This document shows, one piece after another, positions 48,198-59,633 of a stretch of 64,000 nt of DNA. The stretch comes from Yuukianura sp. NJ FZ-2021 (taxonomy: Eukaryota). Positions within the stretch are counted from its first letter, which is position 1. Each line of letters opens with the position of its first letter. The stretch spans positions 186,001 to 250,000 of the forward strand of contig CM102283.1 in the NCBI GenBank assembly GCA_046563655.1, in the 5' to 3' direction. A program made the translations under genes and the position numbers. Under the pieces are notes generated by a model, which saw nothing but the letters and a program-made list of their open reading frames with translations, was not told the origin of the DNA and ran no database searches.

Positions 48198-49498
48198 CCT
48201 TTTCGCGACGGGGTCATTAGAACCGAGTGCGTTTGTTGGACGGGGGACCCATTTTTGGGTTCTCCCTACTCGGACATCTCAGACGGGTAACCAAATCGTA
48301 GACTGATTCCACCAGACGGGCCTCTTTTTCTAAGTAACAAATCTCATTACAGTCTCTGCCCATCAATCGAATCTCTCATTTCAATTAGTATACTTATTAA
48401 ATAATATTATTATGTATTATGTAATATTAAATAATATTATACGTTATATTATACTCTATTATATATGTTATATAATATTACATAATATACTACATATTAC
48501 ATATATAGTATGTAATAGAAAAATACAGTTATATAATAAGCATATAATATAATAACATTTTATTATTATTATATTATATAATAACATATAATATAGTGTT
48601 ATGATATTATATGCTCATATATTATAACATATATGATATACAGTGAGTGCCACGAAAACCTGCACACCTCCATAGTAATTATTTTGTTTATTTTTCAAAA
48701 TCTGGGGGGAAAACTTGCACAAAACAACCTAACAAAAAATCTGTGCCTAAATACAAATTTGAAAACTAACTAGATTTCATGCTCGAAGTGCTTCCCTTCA
48801 GCTACGATGCAGTATTCTAAGCGATCATAAAATGCTCGCCGAGCATCTCGGAGTGTATCAGGAGTGATGGCGGCGAAAGCATCTCGGATTCTTTGCTCCA
48901 AGTGCTGAATTGTAGGGCTACGTACCAAAAAGACTTGGTGTTTTACAATGCCCCAAATGCAAAAATCCAGAGGTGAAAGGTCAGGAGACCTTGCAGGCCA
49001 AGGAATTGGCCCATCCCTTCCTATCCATCTTCCAGGAAATGCATCGTCCAGATATGATCGTACATCTTTCAGCCAATGCGCAGGAGCTCCATCCTGCTGA
49101 AAGTAAATTTCTTCGTCGCCTGCAATTTGCTCCAGTGCTGGTCCAATTTCATTTTGAAGCATATTCAAGTATCCTATTGAAAGTAATGAGTCAGTTGAGG
49201 GAAAGTGGTGTGGTGCCAGAAGATCTAGAGCACTATTAGGAACCAGAGACACCGACAACATCGCCAGAATATGACACCCCGGAGGTGCCAGGGGAGACTC
49301 CATGGCATGAACACGTGCAAGAACGACGTGGAAAAGGTGTCCGGAGACGTTTATCGCAAACATGGGAGGAAATTGAGAATGCTGGAGCCTACAGTTAGGG
49401 AGGGGAAGGCCAGGCCCTCCCCCCGGGCTACTTTGGAGAATTCAGCGGGCCATGTTTAGATTAACCCACGGACAATAGAATTCCGATACAAGGGTTAA
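48194..49498. mobile_element. Composite TTAA-bounded (piggyBac-like) insertion inside the Polinton
   Basis: TTAACCTTTT... at the left, ...AAGGGTTAA at the right; interrupts the viral gene block; contains an AT-rich tract and a Tc1/mariner fragment. Confidence 0.45.
48641..49175 (-). pseudogene. Tc1/mariner-type transposase 3' half with one TIR
   Basis: YFQQDGAPAH, RWIGR, WPARSPDLSPLDF, GKHFEH; TA|CAGTGAGTGCC terminus at 48641. Confidence 0.85.
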
Positions 49499-49628
49499 AT
49501 TTCCAAGCATTCCTACGTGCAATTGAGGGAATTCGGCGAAACCACTGTGAAAAATACCCACGCGCCATGTTTGCTATTTAATTGGTTGTTTTGTGTTTAA
49601 TCGAACTAGTTACTTGCTAGACTTTACA

Positions 49629-50390
49629 ATGTCGAAATCATTTTATGTAACACTTCAGTCAAACGCTTCGGCAAACTTTTTTAACAATAAAATTTGTGAT
49701 TTCAAAAATCGACTTGGTACGGCAATTTCATTACCTCCAGGGCAATGGGAGTTTGCGCTAACGGATATCAGCTATACTGCGGGAATATCTTACATTAGTA
49801 AAGGTGAGTTGTTGTTTGTGAAATATCCCAACTCAAATTCTGTGCGAACGAGTGAAATTACAGCCAAACAGACTGCGGCTTCACTAAATGAAGTTGAACA
49901 AGTTCTTTCCTCAGCGTTGCCAAACTCAACTTGGCAAATTACAAGAACTGGAGTCAGCTACTCGCTTACACTTGAGACACCACAAGAAAAAGTTGAAACG
50001 ACAGAAAAGATTAAGGATTTGCTGGGATTACGTACTACCGATTTGACGTGTCCAAAAAACACGTTTAAAGAGTTAAAAACAAAGTGTACTGGACGTAACG
50101 TTTTTCCAATATTTCTATTATCTGGAAATACGAAATTGTTTGTGTATTGCAATCTCGCACGTCCACAGTTTATTGGCGATACAATGGCGCCATGCTTACG
50201 GGTTCTGACATATAGCGGCGAAAACCGAGAGCAAAGACATCACGAATTTATTAATCCTCAATATGTGGATTTGGCTGTTTCTGAATTTGACATCATCCAC
50301 ATGTATATATTAAACGAGATGGGCGAAGTTGCGCCATTACAATTTGGGAACGTGACTGCTACACTACGATTTCGAGAAAAGAAAATATGA
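49629..50390 (+). CDS. Polinton minor capsid protein (penton)
   Basis: FYVTLQSNAS..NKICDFKNRL, WEFAL.DISY, LFVYCNL..Q.IGD...LR, NPQYV, TLRFR. Confidence 0.88.
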   Translation: MSKSFYVTLQSNASANFFNNKICDFKNRLGTAISLPPGQWEFALTDISYTAGISYISKGELLFVKYPNSNSVRTSEITAKQTAASLNEVEQVLSSALPNSTWQITRTGVSYSLTLETPQEKVETTEKIKDLLGLRTTDLTCPKNTFKELKTKCTGRNVFPIFLLSGNTKLFVYCNLARPQFIGDTMAPCLRVLTYSGENREQRHHEFINPQYVDLAVSEFDIIHMYILNEMGEVAPLQFGNVTATLRFREKKI

Positions 50391-50764
50391 GGGCAAACTA
50401 TCAATACGGAGGATTTCAAGATGGCCGCCTTTTCTTCTCAGGCGTTCGCCGTCAGCGAGGGGCTGGCCTGGCAGGCATATTTGGAGCTGTGGCAAGATAC
50501 CTTTTGCCATTCTTGAAGAAATTTGTATTACCACATGCGGCAACAGCGGTGACGTCAGTTGCTACGGATATGGTAGCTAAAAAGCAACCGCTTACGTCAT
50601 CAATCAAGGAACATGGAAAGCAAGCATTAAAGAGGGTTGGATCGGCTATTCTCAATCAGTCCGGTTCTGGAAAGCGAACGAAACGCAGCGCCATCCAAGT
50701 GCCATTGCTCAAACCAAAACGAAAAATTCCAGTCAAATTCTCGCCTAAAAAAGGACGTTACTGA
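50387..50764 (+). CDS. Basic core/precursor protein with Q-x-G-x-G protease-site-like motifs
   Basis: QYGG, RQRGAGLAGIF, NQSGSG, Lys/Arg-rich tail; lies between penton and hexon. Confidence 0.75.
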   Translation: MRANYQYGGFQDGRLFFSGVRRQRGAGLAGIFGAVARYLLPFLKKFVLPHAATAVTSVATDMVAKKQPLTSSIKEHGKQALKRVGSAILNQSGSGKRTKRSAIQVPLLKPKRKIPVKFSPKKGRY

Positions 50765-50774
50765 TTTTAAAAAG

Positions 50775-52076
50775 ATGGCTGTTCCCTACAAATTTATCCG
50801 CTGTGAAACGCAATTGTTTGATGAGCTACAATATGGCGTGAGCTTAGCATCCACTCATTGCTCAGAGCACTATCCCATTACGTCAATTTCTGATCAAAAC
50901 TCACCGATTGAGTTCTTTCTGCAAAAGCAACGACTCCCAATAGATTGATTTGGCAGAAACTAAATTGTACAGCAAAGCCAAGGTTGTAAAGGCGGATGGA
51001 ACAAATTTTGCTGCAACCGATTCGATTACTACAGTCAACAACACCCTACACTCCATGTTCAATCAAGTGTCGATTTGGTTGAATGAACTTTTGATAACCC
51101 CAGCGTCAAATCAATATGCCTATCGAGCATATTTGGATACTCTTTTGAGTTACAACAAGGAATTCAAGAAATCGCATACTCAGTGTGCTTTGTATTTTCG
51201 CGAAACTGACCCTGCAAACACTGATTCTAAAAAGGAGGATGGTTACAAGAGCAGATTCGAACTAACAAATACTTCCAAAGTATTTGAAATGATTGGTCGT
51301 CCATTTTGTGACATTTTTCTGCAAAACAAATATTTAATTCCGGGGTTGACATGCGCATTAGTTTTGCTCGGTCAAGCCCAGAGTTTTGTCTCTTTGCTCC
51401 AGCTGATACGAAAGCTAAAGTTGTTGTAACAGAAGCTCGACTCTTGGTGAAAAGACACACTTTGCTACCAGATTTGTTGACTGCCACGATTCAAAACATG
51501 GATAAGGGTCGTCATGCAACATATCCACTGAAGCGCGTCGAAATTAAATCGTACTCATTGTCACAAGGAAGTGTCGGCGACGTTAACGATTCGCTGCTGA
51601 CTGGCATGTTACCAGACAGAATCCTTGTCGGAATGGTGAGCTCCAAGGCATTCAACGGAGACGTCACAAAGAACCCTCTAGAATTTCAAGCTTTCAACTT
51701 ATCAAGAGTCGAGGTTGCAGTCAACGGTGACATGACGTCATACCTCCCCTTACAGGTTGACATTAGTGGCGGCACCTACATTCAACTTTACAATAACCTT
51801 TTTGAGGGGTTGGGAATTTCAAACGATGACGTCGGCTTGGATATAACCCGGGAGTCTTTTAAAAAACACCCACTAATGCTTTACAACCTCCGCCACATTC
51901 GTGACGGATTTGCATTGCCCACTTACGGTAACGTGAAAATTGACCTCAAGTTCAAGGAAGCCTTGACGGAAGCTGTAACTGTTCTTGTGTACGCGGAATA
52001 TCAGTCTGTCCTCCACATTGACAAGAGCAAAAACGTCTACTTTAAGGATTTTTCAAACCACAACGCTATTCAATGA
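50775..52076 (+). pseudogene. Polinton major capsid protein (hexon-like), frameshifted at ~50925 and ~51345
   Basis: PIEF, NNTLHSMFNQV, YAYRAYL, QNKYLIPG, LP.RILVGMV..AFNG..KNP.F, G..KIDLKF..AL..VLVYAEY. Confidence 0.9.
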
Positions 52077-52402
52077 ACACCGAAGAAATTTATGGATATC
52101 TCGACTGTTTTCTTAGAAAACAGCAATGCACTTACAGCGTTATTCCAAGCGACTATCTTTCAAGGTTTAAAACGTCTTCCTACCCTTTGTGTTTAATCGT
52201 AAACTCAATGGACAGCACCCATCCTGGATTACATTAGCTAGCGCTCTACAAGCAATCAGAGGACTCTCCTTTAATTTTTATGGATTTTTATGGGGGTCAA
52301 ATGGATGATTATGGAACCTACTTTTCCGAATTTGCAAAAGGATTTCAAGTTATTCAAGGACATCGACGACTTCAAAGCTATGAGAGCAACGTTTGCGGAC
52401 AC
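52073..52402 (+). pseudogene. Adenain-like cysteine protease, premature stop and 3' truncation
   Basis: IVNS..STHPGLH* (TAG at 52235 where Trp is expected), FMDFYG, LQSYESNVCGH. Confidence 0.85.
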
Positions 52403-53499
52403 AGTCACAGAAATTCGCAACTTAAGGTTTATAGGTCATAAATTGACACCTTAAATTACATTGTTTGTGCCACGAGGTACTAAACTGCAAAAAAACATAA
52501 TAAATCCGGAAGACTAAACTAAATTGGTGACAAAAAGGAAAACATTCTAAAAACAAACAAAATGTGAAGGCCGTTAGGCATCAATTTACTTTATTCTTTT
52601 TCTAAACCTGTAAGGCAGCGATTATAAAACAATGTAATAAAAATTGATTGGGAAATGACTTCTAAAACTTTAGTTAAGTGCTAATGTGTGCAAGGAGGGA
52701 TAGAAGAAGGCTAATCGTGATTCCTGTTCATCCGTGAATTTAACTAACATGAGACAAACGAGTTAACGCGTGGTGGAGAGCCGTTGTACACAAAAAGAAA
52801 ATAACAAAATGTTTATTAACTTCTAGGCTCCGTCGATTTTTAATTAAGATGTGAGTGTGATTCTTCCAATTCAATGCCACTAGGTATTGCCAAATCTCCT
52901 TTTGGCAACTCGAATTCAACTTTACCTATAAAATGTTTCGCAGCATAAACTTTTGTTCAAGATGATATTTGAGATACTGTGGTACTTTTCAAGGTTCTCA
53001 GCTCAAAAGTGACACAGATTCTACATTCCTATCGACATATTGATACACTAAATTGTTATGCGTAACTTAGCCCGAGGCGTAAAATGCTAAAGCTGTTTTT
53101 GTAAAATGTAAGGGTCAACAAGTTCAACGGGCCACTTCGAATAAGTGCCCTACCCTGATGACCGCTTTTTGACGGGGCGTGGTCACTTGGCGCTGAAAGG
53201 CCAATTGTATTTGTAGGTATTGAAAGTTTGACCCTTAAGGGGTCCGTAGATTGTAGAGTTGACCCCTGGTCAACTCCAGAAATGATCTGGAAAAGAGGAC
53301 TGATCGCGAGTAGGACTGGAAACAGACTGATCTTTATTCTCTGAATAAAGATCTGAATCAAAAAATAAGAAATAAAACTAAAGCTAAACTGTGCTGTGCG
53401 GTGTGGTCTGTCCTCCTCGTGGCTCTCTCCTCTCCTCCTCCTCCTCCTTGGACGGTGGCGAATACTGCGCCGTCACATTCACCACGACGAGAGCCCCCT

Positions 53500-55178
53500 C
53501 TACTGGCGAAGCGTCGTCTTGCGTCTGTGTCGGTTACGATGGTGGGAAAGCCGTCTACGTCGATTCTCTTGCTGTCGTCTTTGGAGGGTGGAATTGATGA
53601 ATCCCTTCCTGGCAGTCGGGTTCGGACAAGTACTGTGCTCGTGTGAAGTGTCGTGACAAAGGTAGCATCTTCTGGTGCTGATTGGTGCATCGGGAAGTGG
53701 AATTTCTGGAAATATGTCCGGCTCATCATCATAGTTCACATGGATTTCAATGTCTGGTTCTGTAGCTTGCATGTCAACATCAGGAGCTTGAATCGGCGAA
53801 ATGATTTTTGGTTCTGGTACAATATGGTGTAAATTGGGAGTTGGTTCATCAGCTTCAGATTCCGTTTCTGGTTCTGATTCAGGAGTTCGTTTCTGGTTCA
53901 CGACCACGATTTTACTTCTGATTTGGACATTCAAGTCAGACCAACTATCTTCGCTATCGTCGTCGGTGCTGACGTATGATGGTGCTCTGGTTAGTGGTGC
54001 TGGAATGTTGGCGATTACATGGTAAACTTGAGCGATGGCGTCACAGATTTGATTTTGAATTTCAAGTGAACATTTGTAAATCTTAACTACGTCTTTTGGA
54101 CATGAAGGAGCCACTATGGCTAAAGTTCTCATTTGATCGAATGTCATAATCCAATGTACTTGTTTGTCTAGAATTTTTGCCTGATTAAGTGCCCATTGGT
54201 ACAATTTGCTAAAAATACACTTCTGAATTTGATTGAGTGCTTGTGCTTGCTTGCCTAAAACAATTTCTACCGTTGTTTTGTCACACGCACGGTACATTTT
54301 TAAAGATTTCTCCATAGATACTAGGAAAATTGGTAATTTTGCTTCTAACTTATGTACAAAGTCTAGTTGAAGGTCGCTGCCACTCGCTGCGTCCTTCCTT
54401 TTCTTAACACATTGATTCCAGATTAATATCAAACTATAACTATCATACCAAGCATATCTGAACAAATCCTGTGGTAAACGACTGAGCTTATCTCTCACTG
54501 TCCAATCTGCTGCTTGAGCATCCTTTGACACCTCTACATCAAGTAAATATTTACACATCGTGGAAAGTGAAGTAGCTTCAAATCTAGCGTCTACACCGAA
54601 AAATAACATATGATACAATTCTTGTAAGTCTATTATAGGGAAAATGAATATGTCAAAGTCACGCTGCGTCTCATGAGTTAATCATTGTCGCTGCCAACTA
54701 GAATTTTGCCAATATTCGTACAACAAAAGATTTTTGGGAGATTCTCCTTAAGCCAATTACAAATCGGGGGAACATCTATCACAAAATCATGATCCTCTAC
54801 TGAAATTTGAATAATAGTAATGAAATCTTTGTAACACTTAGTCTGATGAAACTCCACATCTACAAAAAGTAACTGTTTCTGAAGTAAAAACTCTAACATC
54901 TGATCTGCATGATAACTAGTCTTAATCCAGTGATGAGTTCTAAAATCTGGTACTTCTAATTCTCTAAATAATGACAAATCTGGGTTCCAATTACGAATTT
55001 GATTCTCAAAGGGGTGTACTCTTGGAATTTTAGGCTCTATAGCAAAATTTACATTCTGTCTCATCTTTAAGAATTCGGGATACAAATCTTACGGTCTAGC
55101 TTCTACGGACTTCCATTTCAATTTAGCTTCTTTCTGTGCTAGTTTCCATTTCTGAGCCTGTCTCTGCTTGCTATTCAT
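53500..55178 (-). pseudogene. Retrotransposon-borne RRP6/EXOSC10-like DEDDy 3'-5' exoribonuclease + HRDC + CCHC knuckle (one stop at 55091, one frameshift at ~54670)
   Basis: ExoI FVDVEFH..IIQIS..DFVID; ExoII GSDND..QRDF..ID; ExoIII Q.ADW.VR..LP.....YAWYD; HRDC-like IFSKLYQW....AKILD; CYLCHDTSHEHSTC. Confidence 0.88.
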
Positions 55179-55399
55179 TTTGAGGGTACAGTCGCTGCCT
55201 GAATCGCTGCGTCTGTACTGTAAATAACCAAAAATACTAAAATTAGTCTAAATCAGAATCTTAACTAATTTCAACCTAGCCTAAGTTATTTTCAACTTAA
55301 CCTAGTAATTTCAATTTAACCTAAAATGATTTCCTTAACCTAAGGCGCCAACTAACTAAATTCTTAATCTAGCTTAACTAAGAGCTCTTCTAACCTAAC

Positions 55400-57030
55400 T
55401 TATGTCCTAAATCCTGCTAATTGCCTGTAGTTTACTGGTTTTCTGTCTCTGAGCTGTCGTTTTTCTGGTTCTTCTGGCATTTCTTCTGGAATTTTGATTC
55501 GAACTGTCTCGGTATCTCTTGGAAAATATGGTTTTAAGTCACTGACGTGTCTAACTCCTGCTAACTCTCTTTCTGGATAAGTACAAATTTGAAATGTAAC
55601 TGGAGTGACTTGTTTGACAATAACATAAGGTCCTATCCGCTTTGGAGCTAATTTTTGAGCTATACCTTCGTCTTTGTTAGATTGTACTCTGTTTCTAGTC
55701 AAAACAAACTGATTTTCATCAAACGAAACTTCTCTACGATGTTGATCATAGTATTTCTTGTATGTAGCTTGAGCTTTGTCAATATTCGTTCTGACCCAAC
55801 TAATTAGATTCTTTAAGTACTGATTTAATTCAATTGCATGAGACTCTGGTAACTCGAAATTTTCCTTTTCTGGTTCTGAAATTTGTCTGTCGAACGGCAA
55901 ACTAATCTCACGACCTAAGTTTAACATTGCTGGTGTTACTTTAGTACTTTCGTTACAGACTGTTCTTAACGCAAGTGCGAATTTTTGGATATGTAAATCC
56001 CAACTCGAATGTTGACCGTCTACAAATGCACAAATCATTGCTTTAATGTTTCTATTTATCCTTTATGCTAAATTTGGCTGGGGATGGTACACTGCGATGA
56101 ATCTATGGTCGATATTCCAAGCTTTACAACATTTTTTCATTAAATTAGACAAAAATTGAGATCCGTTGTCTGTGATTATCGTTTTTGGACTTCCGTACCT
56201 GCAGAATACGTGATCCTCTAAACAATCTACAATCTTTTTAGCCGTTGCTTCTCGTAACGGAAACATTTCTGTCCACTTTGACAATTGGTCGACTAGAACT
56301 AACAAATACTCATTTCGTCTGCCTCCTGCAGTAACCGGAAGTGGACCAATTAAATCTGCGTAAATGACTGAGAAAACCTCTTTCGCTGCTCTAATAATTC
56401 CCATAGTCCCTGCGGGTTTTAAGTTATCATATTTGACTTCCTGACAAACTTTGCATGTTTTAACGTAATTTGCTATATCTTTGTTCATGTCTGGCCAATA
56501 CACTCTGCTTTGAACTCTGAATTTTGTTTTTCTGACCCCTGGATGACCTGAATGAGGTTCATCATGTAACTCTTTTAGAACCAAATTTCTGAGACTTTTA
56601 GGCACAACAGGTAAGTACAACTTAACTCTATCCTTAACACTATTCTTATCTCTATTCTTAACACTAATCTTAACACTAACGCTAGCTTCGTCTTCGTCTG
56701 TACGTACTTTCTTTTCGGAACGAGGAGCATCTTCGCATCCCACATTGTTCCTTACGAACGGAGAGCTCTTCGGCATCCCACATTGTTCTTTTAGACGCTC
56801 TTGGTTCTTAGGGCTATCTACCCTTTCTGCTCTACCAGGCACTGCCGCTGGGAGTCTACCTAGGCCTTTCTCTTCGGTATTCTGTACAAAACAACTTTCG
56901 TTTGTAGAACCGATCTGTGGATCAACTCTGTCCACTTGTGGGGTCATGCTACCCACTTTGCGCGTCCGCAAACTTCTATTTTTCTTTGTGTGCACTATCC
57001 TAAACAGGATTCCATCTTTTATAACATAAT
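55400..57030 (-). pseudogene. pol: Gypsy integrase (HHCC, DDE core, GPY/F), broken near 56060
   Basis: LHDEPHSGHPG..YWP..CKVC, ADLIGPLP, TDNGSQF, YHPQPN, KLAPKRIGPY. Confidence 0.92.
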
Positions 57031-58186
57031 TTTCTAAATTGCATGATTTTTTTAACCCTTTTTGTTACTTTATTATTCTAGTAACTTTATTAAAATAAAA
57101 ACTTACGATTTCATATTGTTCTAGAGCCCAGTTTTGAATTGGGCGGACATCAAACCCAGTTCCCATACTTCGGAAGAAACTGTTTTGTTTCTAATAAAAA
57201 ATTAAATAGTTATTCTGTTGCAAGAAAATGAACGAGACCAACACCCAGGTAGTACATATGTACGTGGTACGTATGTGCTACTTGGGTGCAAAGCTTGCAG
57301 ATTTTTTTACAAAACCCTGCGCAAACTCTGACACCTTATTGCAACCATACTCATAATCTTCGACAGCCAACTTAAACCTAACCTAATAAAAACTTATTGT
57401 GTTACACTTACAGGTGTTCTTCCAAATTGTTTAGTTTGGATTCCTCCTCCATTCAGTACTGACTTCCGGCTCTTTGCTTTCTAAACAAAATAACAAACAA
57501 ATTTTGAGATGAAAGCGTAAAAAAAATAACAGCAATATCAAAACATAGTAACAACCAATGTTAGGTTAAGTCAGGTTACACTTACAGGAGTCCCACCAAC
57601 TTGTTTAGTATTGCATCCTCTTCCTTCCTGTACTGAGTTCTGGCCTTTGTTGTTCTAAGCAAAACGACAAACAAATATTAAAATGAAATCGTAACAAAAA
57701 ATAACACCAAATTAAAAAATACTAACAAAAACATCAAAAATAAGATCCTCAACCTTATGTTGTACATGTGAAATTGTGTAAACATTAAATAAAAATTTGA
57801 ACTGTAATAAAAATGTTATTGGTACCTTGTGGTTTTGTAGTTTGTTTTGTAGTTTCAATGCTTGCCATTTTTTCCCCATTTTTAAACTAAACGTATTAAA
57901 GCTTCTGCAAAATTTATTAACTTTCTTCTTAAAATTCTTTCTCAGCAACTGGGGAGGGTAGGGTATACGATTTAGTATTAGTTGGTTATTGTCGTCGAAT
58001 GGCTTATAGCATTTTTTGTCATCTTGTACTAACGAACGGATGACAATAAACCAAAAGTGTGCAAGCAACTTTTTTTGCAAGTTGAAGTTATATCCTTTGG
58101 TTCAGAGAACCGAAAAGGCGTCGTGTCAGTTCAACACAAAGACAATCAGACTTGGATGGGAAATTGACAGACTGCATTTTTTGCCA

Positions 58187-59120
58187 TCAAGTCATAAATA
58201 CCTGTGGCAACTTGAGATTTGCTGCAGGCAGTAGTGGCTTACAGCCCTCATCAGAGAAGCCATTGCTTCCGAGTTTCGGGATCCAATTTGGTTTGGACTC
58301 AGAAGACGATGAAAAATCCCATTTGTCCACCTCCAGCTTCAATTGTTTGAGGGAGATGAAACATTGGTTGATGGTGTCGATGACCTTCCGTAAGCCAGAA
58401 GTGGTGTCAGAGACATTTGGAATGGAGAAGAGCTGTTGGAGGTGGGAAGAAGCGTTTTCCCGCTTCTTTTTGTAGCGTTTCTCCACCAACGCCCACGCTT
58501 CTTTGAAATTGAGGTTGGTCAGTGGAAATGATTTGGCAATGGAGGCGGCATCTCCGGTCAAGGCATTTTTTAGGTACATTAATTTTGATGCACCTGAGAG
58601 TTTTTTGTTTTCGATGACTGCGGCCTTGAAGAGGTCGGAAAACTGCTGCCACTCGGAGTAGCTTCCGGAAAATGTCGGTGGTTTGGTGCGTTCCAATTGG
58701 AAATCGGAACCATCGGGGAGCTCTTCTGTTTCGGTGGAAGATTTGGATGCTTGTTCTGCTCGGAGCTTGGTCCTTGCAGCGATGTTGCACTGTTCGCGTG
58801 CGCTGAGGATTTGAAGTTGACACTTTTCCAGAAGTGTATCGCAGAGGTCAAGGGTCACTTGGTGGGACTGGAGAACTAGGTGAGAATCCTTTACCACTGA
58901 GCATGTCAGGATGACTTTTCCTCCAGAACTCCAGTTGCTTTTCCATTTTGGAAAGTTTGCCCTCTTTGACCGTGACCTCTAGTGAGTTGAACTTGCTCCA
59001 TCTTTGAGGGTCAACGGTCTCGGAGAACTTTTGAGCACTAATTCTGAAGTGTTCAAGTCCAAAAACTGCGTGCTCGTAGGGGATGTCGAGGTCAACCATC
59101 ATTTCCTCTTGTTGGCTCAT
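58187..59120 (-). pseudogene. gag: Bel/Pao gag fragment (DUF1759-like)
   Basis: PTFSGSYSEWQQFSDLF..KLMYLKNALTGDA..NFKEAWALVEKRY. Confidence 0.8.
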
Positions 59121-59633
59121 CTTGAGAGATTAGGTGAAAGGTCGTGTCACACACTACTCACTTTTACCAAAATCGAAAAAACTGTTGGAGTTCTAAGCAA
59201 ACTCCTTTTTGAAATTCGGTGGAAAAAGAATCGGGCGAAAACAACAAGATGAGACGCTGGATTTTTTGGGGCTTTCGCCCTTTTATTATAAAAGAAAGAA
59301 AAACTGAGAAAATGTTGGGGACAATTTGGTGTTTCGATTGGTGTGAGAATCAGAATCTGATGACTACTTGTTTGCAAGAGAGCAGAAAACTGACTGAGGT
59401 TGGTGGGGCAGGAGAGTCTTGACATGGGTTGCTGAATGACCTTGGTCCCTCGTCAGTCCATGAACACAAAATGCTTCACCTTGTGACATGGACCATGTCA
59501 CAAGGCATGGCACTAAGACAGGCTTTGGAGCCTGTAAGACTCAGGAGGAAGGAAACGGAATTTTAATTTAATTAACTGGAGGGGTTGACCAAGGTCGAGC
59601 AGTTCTTGGCTTGACCTTGTCAATTCTTCCAAC

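Larger units (their letters stand above)
43700..52402. mobile_element. Degenerate Polinton/Maverick (adintovirus-like endogenous viral element); termini not identified
   Basis: Co-located pPolB, retroviral-type integrase, packaging ATPase, penton, core protein, major capsid and adenain protease. Confidence 0.93.
53054..57050 (-). mobile_element. Gypsy LTR retrotransposon 3' half: integrase, extra ORF, 3' LTR
   Basis: 424-bp TG..CA LTR at 53054-53477; sequence just before the LTR (GGGGCTCT) and the LTR start resemble the 18-23.6 kb element; 5' part lost. Confidence 0.85.

Noticed and set aside
48380-48640. Extremely AT-rich tract as an origin
   Set aside because: Low-complexity TA sequence inside a secondary insertion; best explained as a TA landing site.
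53500-55178. Host EXOSC10/RRP6 gene or retroviral env
   Set aside because: No introns, no N-terminal PMC2NT-length region, enclosed between integrase and LTR; no signal peptide or transmembrane anchor typical of env.
57712-58080. 122-aa ORF
   Set aside because: No recognisable motif; biased composition; adjacent to truncated elements.
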